Positions 24,211 through 32,000 of a stretch of DNA of 32,000 bases are shown piece after piece (the stretch's first letter is position 1; the number at the start of each line of letters is the position of its first letter). The stretch comes from Synechococcus elongatus PCC 6301 (GTDB lineage Bacteria > Cyanobacteriota > Cyanobacteriia > Synechococcales > Synechococcaceae). A program made the position numbers and the translations under genes. The DNA is taken from NCBI RefSeq assembly GCF_000010065.1, contig NC_006576.1:2610001-2642000 (forward strand), read 5' to 3'. The notes below the pieces were generated by a model, which saw nothing but the letters and a program-made list of their open reading frames with translations, was not told the origin of the DNA and ran no database searches.

Positions 24211-24819
24211 ATGTCTCGATATAGAGGCCCACGCCTCAGAATTGTACGGCGCTTGGGGGACCTACCTGGTCTCACCCGTAAGGCTGCTCGTCGGTCTTAC
24301 CCCCCTGGTCAGCACGGCCAAGCCCGGCGCAAGCGCTCCGAGTACGCGATTCGTCTTGAAGAAAAGCAAAAGCTTCGCTTCAATTACGGCTTGTCGGAAC
24401 GACAACTGGTTCGCTACGTCAAGAAGGCGCGCCGGATGCAAGGGTCCACTGGGACCAACTTGCTGCAGCTGCTCGAAATGCGCCTGGACAACTTGGTCTT
24501 CCGCCTTGGCTTTGCACCCACCATCCCCGGTGCTCGTCAGCTGGTTAACCACGGTCACGTGACGGTCAATGGCCGCGTGGTGGATATCGCCAGCTATAAC
24601 TGCCGCCCCGGTGAAGTGATCGGGGTTCGTCAGCGCGAAGCGTCTCGCAAGTTGGTCACTGCCAACTTGGAATACCCTGGCCTCGCCAACGTGCCGGTTC
24701 ACCTCGACTTCGATAAGAACAAACTCGAAGCCAAGGTCACGGGAGCCTGCGAGCGCGAATGGGTTGCGCTGCAAATCAATGAACTACTGGTGGTCGAGTA
24801 CTACTCGCGCAAAGTGTAG
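24211..24819 (+). CDS. rpsD: 30S ribosomal protein S4 (202 aa)
   Basis: [22 protein letters not shown]... is present, and the S4 RNA-binding domain is [33 protein letters not shown]. Confidence 0.97.
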   Translation: MSRYRGPRLRIVRRLGDLPGLTRKAARRSYPPGQHGQARRKRSEYAIRLEEKQKLRFNYGLSERQLVRYVKKARRMQGSTGTNLLQLLEMRLDNLVFRLGFAPTIPGARQLVNHGHVTVNGRVVDIASYNCRPGEVIGVRQREASRKLVTANLEYPGLANVPVHLDFDKNKLEAKVTGACEREWVALQINELLVVEYYSRKV

Positions 24820-24844
24820 ACTCTCCACTCTGCTTACAAGACTG

Positions 24845-24882
24845 CAACAGCTCCTGCCTCTGGGTGGGGGCTGTTGTTGTTT
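24845..24882 (+). terminator. Probable terminator of rpsD
   Basis: The 10-bp stem is caacagctcc (24845-24854) / ggggctgttg (24867-24876) with one G-U, followed by TTGTTT. Confidence 0.6.
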
Positions 24883-25433
24883 GGCGCAAGGATGCATTTG
24901 GTCATGGCAAGGCAGAGCCCTGTGCTGACTCTCCATCATTTCTCCTAGGGCAACCCTCCAAGCGGTCTGCCGACAGTCCTTTCTAGTTGCTTCAGACGCT
25001 GTAGATCAATCGTTGGGATTGCGTTCATCCTCGGTGGCCAGAATGGCTGTCATCTTTCTGCTGCAAGTGTTGATCTTCTGGCTGATGTCTCGCAGTGGAA
25101 TCTTGAGCAATAAGGGGTGGAAACTGATCGCCCTTGGATGGCTTCGACAGTGGGCGATCGCCTAACGATTGAGAATCAACATTGAAAGGATTGCGATCGC
25201 GTGAGCATCAACCTTCAGAAGCGACTCTCTGGGTCAGGAGCGATCGCTCTGTGCATAATTTTTGGGTTTGCGTTGGTTTTAAAGATTTACAACAATTGAA
25301 AAAGACTAATCCTTAGATTGTTATTGACAATGATCAAGTCAGAGTCAGAGTTTTGCCTAAAATCAAGGGCCAAAATGACTTGTAATCGATTGAGTAAGAC
25401 CAGCGATCAAGATTGAAAAAGGCTTCTCAATAA

Positions 25434-25446
25434 TTACATCTACTAA
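25434..25446. promoter_or_regulatory. TTA-N7-TAA box (CmpR-type LysR motif) in the cmp upstream region
   Basis: TTAcatctacTAA was read directly, 324-336 nt upstream of the cmpA ATG. TTA-N7/8-TAA is the form reported for CmpR sites in S. elongatus, recalled from the literature. Occupancy of this particular site is unverified. Confidence 0.3.
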
Positions 25447-25769
25447 ATCGTTTTGAATGCTGAACTTATCGAGCAGAAAAACTTATCAGATTAATTGAAA
25501 AAACAAGGGAACTTTTTGCGTTTAGCTATTGCGCGATTCCCGTGAGAGACCGTAAATGTTTCTACATGCAAAACGCAAAGTCTATTGACTTAGCTCTATG
25601 GGTTTCTCCACAGAGTCTTAACTGCAGATGGTTATCAGCCTTATCGGTCTGGAATAACCAGTTGGCCTAAAGTCATGCAGACAGAGCGTTTCTGCGCCTC
25701 TCGTGAAGCAATTCGCACAACTTGTCCATCTTTAGAGGCATCTCCTGTTGTGGGATGTAGGGGAGACGT

Positions 25770-27122
25770 ATGAACGAATTTCAACCAGTCAATCGTCGTC
25801 AGTTTCTGTTCACGCTCGGAGCAACCGCTGCTAGCGCTATTTTGCTGAAGGGTTGCGGTAATCCTCCTTCCAGTAGCGGCGGCGGGACTTCTAGTACAAC
25901 TCAGCCAACTGCTGCAGGGGCGAGTGATCTGGAAGTCAAGACAATCAAATTGGGCTACATCCCCATCTTTGAAGCGGCTCCACTGATCATTGGCCGCGAA
26001 AAAGGCTTTTTTGCCAAATATGGCTTGGATGTTGAAGTCTCGAAACAAGCCAGCTGGGCAGCTGCTCGCGATAACGTCATTCTCGGTTCTGCTGGTGGCG
26101 GCATCGATGGCGGTCAGTGGCAAATGCCGATGCCTGCCTTGCTAACGGAAGGTGCGATCAGCAACGGTCAAAAAGTTCCCATGTATGTCTTGGCTTGCTT
26201 GAGCACCCAAGGCAATGGCATCGCTGTTTCCAATCAGCTCAAGGCCCAAAATCTGGGCTTGAAGCTAGCGCCCAACCGCGACTTTATCCTCAACTACCCG
26301 CAAACTAGCGGCCGGAAGTTCAAAGCATCCTACACCTTCCCGAACGCCAACCAAGACTTCTGGATTCGCTATTGGTTTGCAGCTGGCGGTATCGATCCTG
26401 ATAAAGACATTGAACTCTTGACCGTTCCCAGCGCAGAAACTCTACAAAATATGCGCAATGGCACGATCGATTGCTTCAGTACCGGCGATCCCTGGCCGTC
26501 GCGGATTGCCAAAGATGACGTCGGCTATCAAGCTGCGCTGACAGGTCAAATGTGGCCTTACCACCCCGAGGAATTCTTGGCGCTGCGAGCAGACTGGGTA
26601 GACAAACATCCGAAAGCTACGCTCGCCTTGCTGATGGGCTTGATGGAAGCGCAGCAATGGTGCGATCAGAAAGCAAATCGGGCAGAGATGGCCAAGATCC
26701 TCTCCGGTCGCAACTTCTTTAACGTGCCGGTTTCGATCCTGCAGCCGATTCTGGAAGGTCAAATCAAAGTTGGAGCAGACGGAAAAGATCTCAACAACTT
26801 TGATGCCGGCCCGCTCTTCTGGAAGAGTCCGCGCGGCAGTGTCTCCTATCCCTACAAAGGGCTCACCCTCTGGTTCTTGGTGGAGTCGATCCGCTGGGGC
26901 TTCAACAAGCAAGTGCTACCTGACATTGCAGCCGCCCAGAAACTCAACGATCGCGTGACTCGTGAAGACCTCTGGCAAGAGGCAGCCAAGAAATTAGGGG
27001 TGCCCGCTGCGGATATCCCAACCGGATCGACTCGCGGTACCGAGACCTTCTTTGATGGCATCACCTACAACCCAGACAGTCCGCAAGCTTATCTCCAAAG
27101 CTTGAAGATTAAACGGGCATAA
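25770..27122 (+). CDS. cmpA: Bicarbonate-binding lipoprotein CmpA of the BCT1 ABC transporter (450 aa)
   Basis: It has a twin-arginine signal plus lipobox ([22 protein letters not shown]) and an NrtA/CmpA-family binding domain ([28 protein letters not shown]). There is no nirA upstream and no narB downstream, so I call this operon cmp rather than nrt. Confidence 0.9.
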   Translation: MNEFQPVNRRQFLFTLGATAASAILLKGCGNPPSSSGGGTSSTTQPTAAGASDLEVKTIKLGYIPIFEAAPLIIGREKGFFAKYGLDVEVSKQASWAAARDNVILGSAGGGIDGGQWQMPMPALLTEGAISNGQKVPMYVLACLSTQGNGIAVSNQLKAQNLGLKLAPNRDFILNYPQTSGRKFKASYTFPNANQDFWIRYWFAAGGIDPDKDIELLTVPSAETLQNMRNGTIDCFSTGDPWPSRIAKDDVGYQAALTGQMWPYHPEEFLALRADWVDKHPKATLALLMGLMEAQQWCDQKANRAEMAKILSGRNFFNVPVSILQPILEGQIKVGADGKDLNNFDAGPLFWKSPRGSVSYPYKGLTLWFLVESIRWGFNKQVLPDIAAAQKLNDRVTREDLWQEAAKKLGVPAADIPTGSTRGTETFFDGITYNPDSPQAYLQSLKIKRA

Positions 27123-27177
27123 GTAGGGGCTTCAATCATCAACCTTAGTTCAGTCACTATCAGGAGATAGACAGACC

Positions 27178-28014
27178 ATGGTTACTGCACGGGAAACAAG
27201 ACGAAACGGAAGTCGTCCTTCTGGCTTAAAAAAATGGCGTCAGAAACTCGATGGCATCTTGCTACCGCTAGCAGGAATTTTGGGTTTCCTCATCATTTGG
27301 CAGATCTTTTCTAGCAGCGGGGCAACCCGCTTGCCCGGCCCGCTCAGTCTCTTCACAGAAGAGAGAACACGCGAGTTGCTGCTCTATCCCTTCTTGGATC
27401 GCGGCGGGCTGGATAAAGGTCTGTTCTGGCAGACGATCGCTAGTTTGACGCGGGTGGCCCAGGGCTTTTCGATCGCAGCCATCATCGGCATTTCCGTTGG
27501 AATTCTAGTTGGCCTCAACCGCCAACTCAACGCGATGCTAGACCCACTGTTTCAGTTCCTGCGCATGATTGCACCGCTGGCTTGGGTACCGATCGCTTTG
27601 GTCGCCTTCCAGCAAAATCAACCTGCAGCAATCTTCGTAATTTTCATTACCGCCGTTTGGCCAATTCTAATTAATACGGCGGAAGGGGTACGCCAAATTC
27701 CCCAGGACTATAACAACGTAGCTCGCGTGCTACGGATGTCGAAAAGCAAGTACCTAATGAAGGTGGTCTTGCCGGCAGCCCTGCCCTATATCTTTACCGG
27801 CCTTCGCATTGCGATCGGCTTATCTTGGCTAGCGATTATCGCTGCAGAAATTGTGATGTCTGGCATTGTCGGCATTGGCTTCTTTATCTGGGATGCCTAT
27901 CAGCAAAACTACGTTAGTGACATCATCTTGGCAGTGATTTATATCGGTGCTGTTGGCTTGTTGCTAGACCGCTTTGTGGCTTGGCTGCAACGCTGGATTC
28001 TACGCAATATGTAA
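27178..28014 (+). CDS. cmpB: Bicarbonate ABC transporter permease CmpB (278 aa)
   Basis: It is a six-TM ABC permease with an EAA-like loop (NTAEGVRQIPQDYNNVARVLRMSK). It is the second gene of the operon. Confidence 0.9.
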   Translation: MVTARETRRNGSRPSGLKKWRQKLDGILLPLAGILGFLIIWQIFSSSGATRLPGPLSLFTEERTRELLLYPFLDRGGLDKGLFWQTIASLTRVAQGFSIAAIIGISVGILVGLNRQLNAMLDPLFQFLRMIAPLAWVPIALVAFQQNQPAAIFVIFITAVWPILINTAEGVRQIPQDYNNVARVLRMSKSKYLMKVVLPAALPYIFTGLRIAIGLSWLAIIAAEIVMSGIVGIGFFIWDAYQQNYVSDIILAVIYIGAVGLLLDRFVAWLQRWILRNM

Positions 28015-28042
28015 GGTTTGCCAAACACTCGGAGGATTGATC

Positions 28043-30034
28043 ATGAGTTTATTTGTTGCTGTTGAAAACATTGAAAAATCATTCCCTCTGAGTGGTGGGA
28101 ATGAATACCTTGCCCTTAAGGGTATCGATCTTGAAATCAAGCAAGGTGAATTCATCTCGCTGATTGGTCACTCCGGTTGTGGGAAGTCCACCCTGCTCAA
28201 CCTGATTGCTGGTCTAGAGTTGCCAACCGATGGCGCGGTCAGTCTCGAAGGTCAGCAGATCACCGCACCAGGGCCAGACCGGATGGTGGTCTTCCAGAAC
28301 TACTCGCTTTTCCCTTGGCTGACGGTGCGCGAAAACATCGCGCTTGCGGTCGACGAAGTGCTGCGCGATCTGCCCAAAGAAGAGCGGCAGGCGATCGTGG
28401 AAGAACATATCCAACTGGTGGGCTTGGGTCATGCAGCGGATAAGCCACCCGCTCAACTTTCTGGCGGAATGAAACAACGGGTGGCGATCGCACGGGGCTT
28501 GGCGACTCGTCCGAAGTTGCTGCTTCTCGATGAACCCTTTGGGGCGCTGGATGCACTAACGCGCGGCAATCTGCAAGAGAAGCTGATGCAGATTTGCGAA
28601 GAGAATCACGTCACGGCCGTTATGGTCACTCATGACGTTGATGAAGCGGTCTTACTTTCCGATCGCATTGTGATGCTAACCAATGGGCCCGGCTCGAAGA
28701 TCGGTGGCATCCTGGAGGTCGATATTCCTCGCCCGCGCAAACGCATGGATGTGGTGCATCACCCCAGCTACTACAGCCTGCGATCGGAAATCATCTACTT
28801 CCTCAACCAGCAAAAACGGGTCAAGAAACTCAATGCCCGCAAGGTGACTACCGTGGCGCGGCACGGTCTGGAAAAGGTCAATCTGGAAATCGGCTATGTG
28901 CCCCTAATGGCCTGTGCACCGCTGGTGGTGGCCCAAGAAAAAGCCTTCTTTGCCAAACACGGCCTCGATGAAGTCAGCTTGGTGCGAGAGACCAGTTGGC
29001 GTGGCATTGTCGATGGGTTGACTGAAAACTACCTCGATGCAGCCCAGATGCCAGCCGGCATGCCGGTCTGGATGTCTGTGGGTGGCCAAGGTGGCAGTCC
29101 TCTACCGATCGTTTCGTCCTTGACAATGAGCCGCAACGGTAACGGCATTACCCTCTCCAAAGCCCTGTATGACGAGGGTATTCAGACGGTCGATGACTTC
29201 CGTAACTTGCTGCGCAGCACGGCTGACAAGCAGCACATCATGGGCATTGTCCATCCAGCTTCGATGCACAACTTGCTGTTGCGCTACTGGCTGGCAGCGA
29301 ATCAGATCGACCCCGATCGCGATGTGCAATTGCGCACGATCCCTCCGGCGCAGATGGTGGCCGACCTCAAGGACGGCACGATCGATGGCTACTGTATCGG
29401 TGAGCCTTGGAATGCGTGGGCAGCCCAAAAAGAAATTGGCTTCACAATCGCCAGCGATCTGGAAATTTGGAATGGTCACCCCGGCAAAGTACTCGGTGTC
29501 CGTGAAGACTGGGCTAATCGCTATCCCAACAGCCATGTGGCCTTGGTCAAAGCGCTGCTAGAAGCCTGCCAGTACTGCGAAGATCCTGCGAACTGGGATG
29601 AACTGCGCGAACTGTTAAGCGATCGCCGCTACCTGAGCTGTCCGAAGGAGTACATCCAGTTCAGCCAAAGCACTGCCGACGACTTGGCGGTGCCTCACCA
29701 TCGCTTTGCTGGAGCGGGCGTTAACCGTCCCAGTCGGACAGAGCATCTCTGGATGATGACCCAGTTGGCTCGCTGGGGTGATGTGCCCTTCCCCCGCAAC
29801 TGGGTTGAAATCTTGGAGCGGGTTTGCCGGGTTGGGGTGTTTAGCACCGCCGCCCGCGAACTGGGGCTCTCGGAGGTCGTCAACTATCAGCGCAGCACGC
29901 CGGTTGAACTGTTTGACGGCGTCCCCTTCAACGCTGAAGACCCGATCGCTTACCTCAATTCCCTGCCCATCCACCGCGACTTCAGCGTGGCAGAAATTGC
30001 ACTCGATCAGCCCCGCCCGATCGCAGCTGCCTAG
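28043..30034 (+). CDS. cmpC: Bicarbonate ABC transporter ATPase CmpC with a C-terminal CmpA-like solute-binding domain (663 aa)
   Basis: ATG 28043 has GGAGGA 7 nt upstream. Walker A is GHSGCGKST, the signature is LSGGMKQRV and Walker B is LLLLDEPFGALD. The C-terminal ~380 aa parallel CmpA (EIGYVPLMACAPLVVAQEKAFFAKHGL). Confidence 0.92.
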   Translation: MSLFVAVENIEKSFPLSGGNEYLALKGIDLEIKQGEFISLIGHSGCGKSTLLNLIAGLELPTDGAVSLEGQQITAPGPDRMVVFQNYSLFPWLTVRENIALAVDEVLRDLPKEERQAIVEEHIQLVGLGHAADKPPAQLSGGMKQRVAIARGLATRPKLLLLDEPFGALDALTRGNLQEKLMQICEENHVTAVMVTHDVDEAVLLSDRIVMLTNGPGSKIGGILEVDIPRPRKRMDVVHHPSYYSLRSEIIYFLNQQKRVKKLNARKVTTVARHGLEKVNLEIGYVPLMACAPLVVAQEKAFFAKHGLDEVSLVRETSWRGIVDGLTENYLDAAQMPAGMPVWMSVGGQGGSPLPIVSSLTMSRNGNGITLSKALYDEGIQTVDDFRNLLRSTADKQHIMGIVHPASMHNLLLRYWLAANQIDPDRDVQLRTIPPAQMVADLKDGTIDGYCIGEPWNAWAAQKEIGFTIASDLEIWNGHPGKVLGVREDWANRYPNSHVALVKALLEACQYCEDPANWDELRELLSDRRYLSCPKEYIQFSQSTADDLAVPHHRFAGAGVNRPSRTEHLWMMTQLARWGDVPFPRNWVEILERVCRVGVFSTAARELGLSEVVNYQRSTPVELFDGVPFNAEDPIAYLNSLPIHRDFSVAEIALDQPRPIAAA

Positions 30035-30058
30035 CATTCCCTCCAGAGGACTTGTGTC

Positions 30059-30895
30059 ATGCAAACCCTTCGTCAACAGCAGCCGATAGTTCCTTCCTCG
30101 CCTGGGCATGATCCCTTTTTGATTGTGGAGAATGTCTCCAAAATCTACGAGACGCCCAAAGGCCCCTACACCGTTTTGGATGGAGTCAATCTTACAGTTC
30201 AGGAAGGCGAATTTATCTGCGTGATCGGCCACTCCGGCTGTGGCAAATCGACTCTTCTGAATATGGTTTCGGGCTTCAATCAACCCTCCCACGGCTCCGT
30301 GCGGTTGAAGGGTAAAGAGATCGACCGGCCCGGCCCCGATCGCATGGTGGTCTTCCAAAACTATGCGCTTTTGCCCTGGATGACCGCTTACGAAAATGTC
30401 TACCTCGCGGTGGACTGCGTGAACCCCCAAATGCGGGAAGGCGAAAAGCGGGAAATTGTCCGCGAGCATCTGGCAATGGTTGGTCTAACCGAAGCCGCCG
30501 AGAAAAAAATCACCCAGATCTCGGGGGGGATGAAACAGCGGGTGGCGATCGCTCGGGCGCTCTCGATTCGGCCTGAAGTGCTGATTTTGGACGAGCCGTT
30601 TGGCGCACTCGATGCAATCACCAAAGAGGAATTGCAGGAAGAGCTACTCAAAATCTGGAACGATCATCGTTGCACCGTACTGATGATCACCCACGACATT
30701 GATGAAGCGTTGTTCCTCGCCGATCGCTTGGTGATGATGACCAATGGGCCGGCGGCGAATATCGGTGAAATCATGACCATTCCCTTCCCTCGTCCGCGCG
30801 ATCGCGAGCGGATTATGGAAGACCCGCAGTACTACGACCTGCGTAACTACGCGCTGGATTTCCTCTACAACCGATTTGCTCACGACGACGAGTAA
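30059..30895 (+). CDS. cmpD: Bicarbonate ABC transporter ATPase CmpD (278 aa)
   Basis: Walker A is GHSGCGKST, the signature is ISGGMKQRV and Walker B is VLILDEPFGALD. It is the fourth gene of the operon. Confidence 0.92.
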   Translation: MQTLRQQQPIVPSSPGHDPFLIVENVSKIYETPKGPYTVLDGVNLTVQEGEFICVIGHSGCGKSTLLNMVSGFNQPSHGSVRLKGKEIDRPGPDRMVVFQNYALLPWMTAYENVYLAVDCVNPQMREGEKREIVREHLAMVGLTEAAEKKITQISGGMKQRVAIARALSIRPEVLILDEPFGALDAITKEELQEELLKIWNDHRCTVLMITHDIDEALFLADRLVMMTNGPAANIGEIMTIPFPRPRDRERIMEDPQYYDLRNYALDFLYNRFAHDDE

Positions 30896-30929
30896 ATCAG
30901 TACTCAACTCCGAACTTAGCCTCAGAGAT

Positions 30930-30960
30930 TCCCTCTGCTCCCATGGGCGAGGGATTTTTT
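30930..30960 (+). terminator. Rho-independent terminator of the cmp operon
   Basis: The stem is tccctc (30930-30935) / gaggga (30949-30954), with an inner ccc-at-ggg helix. TTTTTT at 30955-30960 follows. Confidence 0.65.
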
Positions 30961-31147
30961 ACTGGGAGACAAGCCGGAATTCAAGCGAGGATCCCTCTGG
31001 GGGCCGCTGGACAAGACTTAGCAGTTGGCAGTTGAGCTGTCTTGGCAGAACGAAACTCTTACAGGACAAGTTTGTATTCCACACGGTCAGCGGGAGAGCA
31101 AAACCCTTGCCAGATGCGCGGAAATTGTGATGTGATGCGAGCGTCTA

Positions 31148-31732
31148 TTGCGAGTTTGCTTCGTGCCCTCTGGACGCACTCACGATCGCCTGACCCTGTG
31201 GCTGTTGCCCGCTGTTGCGGCAGGCAGCTGGCTGATCAGCCGTCAGAGTGACCTTAGTTTGGTGCTGAGTGGCAGTTATCTATTTGCAGGGCTGATGTTT
31301 GGCCCTGACTTGGATGTGCGATCGCGGCAGTCGCAACGCTGGGGGCCACTGCGGTGGATCTGGACTCCCTATCAACGCTGCCTACGGCATCGCTCGTGGT
31401 TTTCCCACGGGCCCCTTTTGGGGACAATCGGCCGGGTTCTGTACCTCGGGGCTTGGCTACTGTTGTTGGTGCTAGTGATTGAAACAGCGATCGCGATCGG
31501 ACAGGGTGGCAACTGGGCAGGCTTGGGCGATCGCCTCAGTCAGCATCAGCAATGGATTGGGACAGAGCTGAGTCGTCGGCCAGCACTCGTTCTAGCGACC
31601 TTAGTTGGCTTAGAGCTCGGAGCCATGAGCCATAGCTTCAGCGATTGGGTAGGCTCAGCTTGGAAACGCTGGCGTCGGCCTCGTAAGACCACTCGCCGGC
31701 GTCCTGCAGCCTCCCGTTCTTCTCGGACTTAA
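31148..31732 (+). CDS. Small integral membrane protein, possibly a DUF2227-type putative metal-binding protein (194 aa; TTG 31148 or GVG-less GTG 31163 start)
   Basis: PSGRTHDRLTLWLLP near the N-terminus resembles the SGR.HD motif of that family as I recall it. There are 3-4 TM segments and a basic C-terminal tail (RRPRKTTRRRPAASRSSRT). Both the start codon and the family are uncertain. Confidence 0.5.
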   Translation: MRVCFVPSGRTHDRLTLWLLPAVAAGSWLISRQSDLSLVLSGSYLFAGLMFGPDLDVRSRQSQRWGPLRWIWTPYQRCLRHRSWFSHGPLLGTIGRVLYLGAWLLLLVLVIETAIAIGQGGNWAGLGDRLSQHQQWIGTELSRRPALVLATLVGLELGAMSHSFSDWVGSAWKRWRRPRKTTRRRPAASRSSRT

Positions 31733-31738
31733 ATCCCC

Positions 31739-32000
31739 ATGGGTGTTGATTTTTTTGAGTCGGTGCCAGCACCGAACCAAGATGCGATCGCGACAGCACT
31801 CCTGCAACTGGTTGCTGTGGTGGCGCAGCTCCGCGATCCAGAACAAGGCTGCCCCTGGGACCGCGAACAAACGCCGACCAGCCTGATTCCCTACGTGCTG
31901 GAAGAGGCCTACGAAGTCGTTCACGCCTTGCGCCAGGGCAATCCCAACGCGATCGCAGAGGAATTGGGAGACCTGCTGCTGCAAGTGGTGCTGCAAGCCC
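31739..32000 (+). CDS. mazG: Nucleoside triphosphate pyrophosphohydrolase MazG, 5' fragment (runs off the window)
   Basis: It is not in the ORF track because no stop codon is reached. Translation from ATG 31739 gives MGVDFFESVPAPNQDAIATALLQLVAVVAQLRDPEQGCPWDREQTPTSLIPYVLEEAYEVVHAL...ELGDLLLQVVLQA, the MazG N-terminal domain signature. Confidence 0.85.
   Translation, partial: MGVDFFESVPAPNQDAIATALLQLVAVVAQLRDPEQGCPWDREQTPTSLIPYVLEEAYEVVHALRQGNPNAIAEELGDLLLQVVLQA

Noticed and set aside
24138-24275. N-terminal 46-codon extension of the yidD ORF.
   Set aside because: The extension runs through the rpsD promoter and start region, and it is absent from YidD proteins, which are about 80 aa. The internal ATG 24137 gives the canonical length.
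25043-25165. 40-codon ORF (MAVIFLLQVLIFWLMSRSGILSNKGWKLIALGWLRQWAIA) in the rpsD-cmpA spacer.
   Set aside because: It has a hydrophobic start, but there is no Shine-Dalgarno sequence and no evidence of conservation available to me. It is too short to support from sequence alone.
25641-26123. 160-codon minus-strand ORF overlapping the cmpA start.
   Set aside because: It is antisense to the CmpA signal peptide and binding domain. It shows no conserved features.
29615-30469. 284-codon minus-strand ORF antisense to the cmpC/cmpD junction. This is the largest unexplained ORF in the window.
   Set aside because: It lies entirely opposite two strongly conserved ABC-ATPase coding regions. It has no recognisable motifs or ribosome-binding site, and it looks like a stop-poor antisense frame of GC-rich coding DNA.
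25770-30895. Alternative reading of the ABC operon as nitrate transporter nrtABCD.
   Set aside because: The NrtA/CmpA families are homologous, so this was considered. However, there is no nirA upstream (rpsD plus 950 bp of non-coding DNA instead) and no narB downstream. In addition, the CmpA N-terminus matches my recollection of S. elongatus CmpA. Residual uncertainty is reflected in the confidence values.

Overview
The window looks like core chromosome of a Synechococcus elongatus-type cyanobacterium (PCC 7942/6301-like). It is G+C-rich, the HIP1 octamer GCGATCGC occurs about 60 times, and it encodes PsbD, PetG, CytM, SbtA/SbtB and CmpABCD. I support 36 protein-coding genes. In order they are: a UPF0367-like small protein, monocistronic psbD, a PCD/DCoH protein, two tandem SLH-domain porins, an Rrf2 regulator-cysK-J-domain cluster, a seven-gene cyanobacterial-type mrp (CDEFGAB) cation/H+ antiporter operon, sbtA, divergent sbtB, a standalone DUF2126 protein, cytM, petG, rsmD, hisH, a large conserved hypothetical, HIT, murE, a glutaredoxin-like gene, yidD, rpsD, cmpABCD, a small membrane protein and the 5' part of mazG. 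I saw no rRNA, tRNA, CRISPR array, transposase, integrase or phage genes. I do not see a convincing new multi-gene system, because this is mainly a housekeeping and inorganic-carbon-uptake region. The best leads are: (1) petG is broken by a single extra base; (2) about 310 nt of structured non-coding sequence follows psbD and ends in a canonical terminator; (3) sbtA and sbtB are divergent across 762 bp that carries ATAG-N8-CTAT LysR-type motifs; (4) the mrp operon is compositionally atypical and reduced (no NuoL-type MrpA, and an A-like subunit with an unexplained soluble tail), and it sits directly downstream of sbtA; (5) a roughly 950-bp non-coding region with repeated motifs lies upstream of cmpA; (6) the Rrf2-cysK pairing is CymR-like. 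All family assignments come from reading the translations and from memory; no searches were run.
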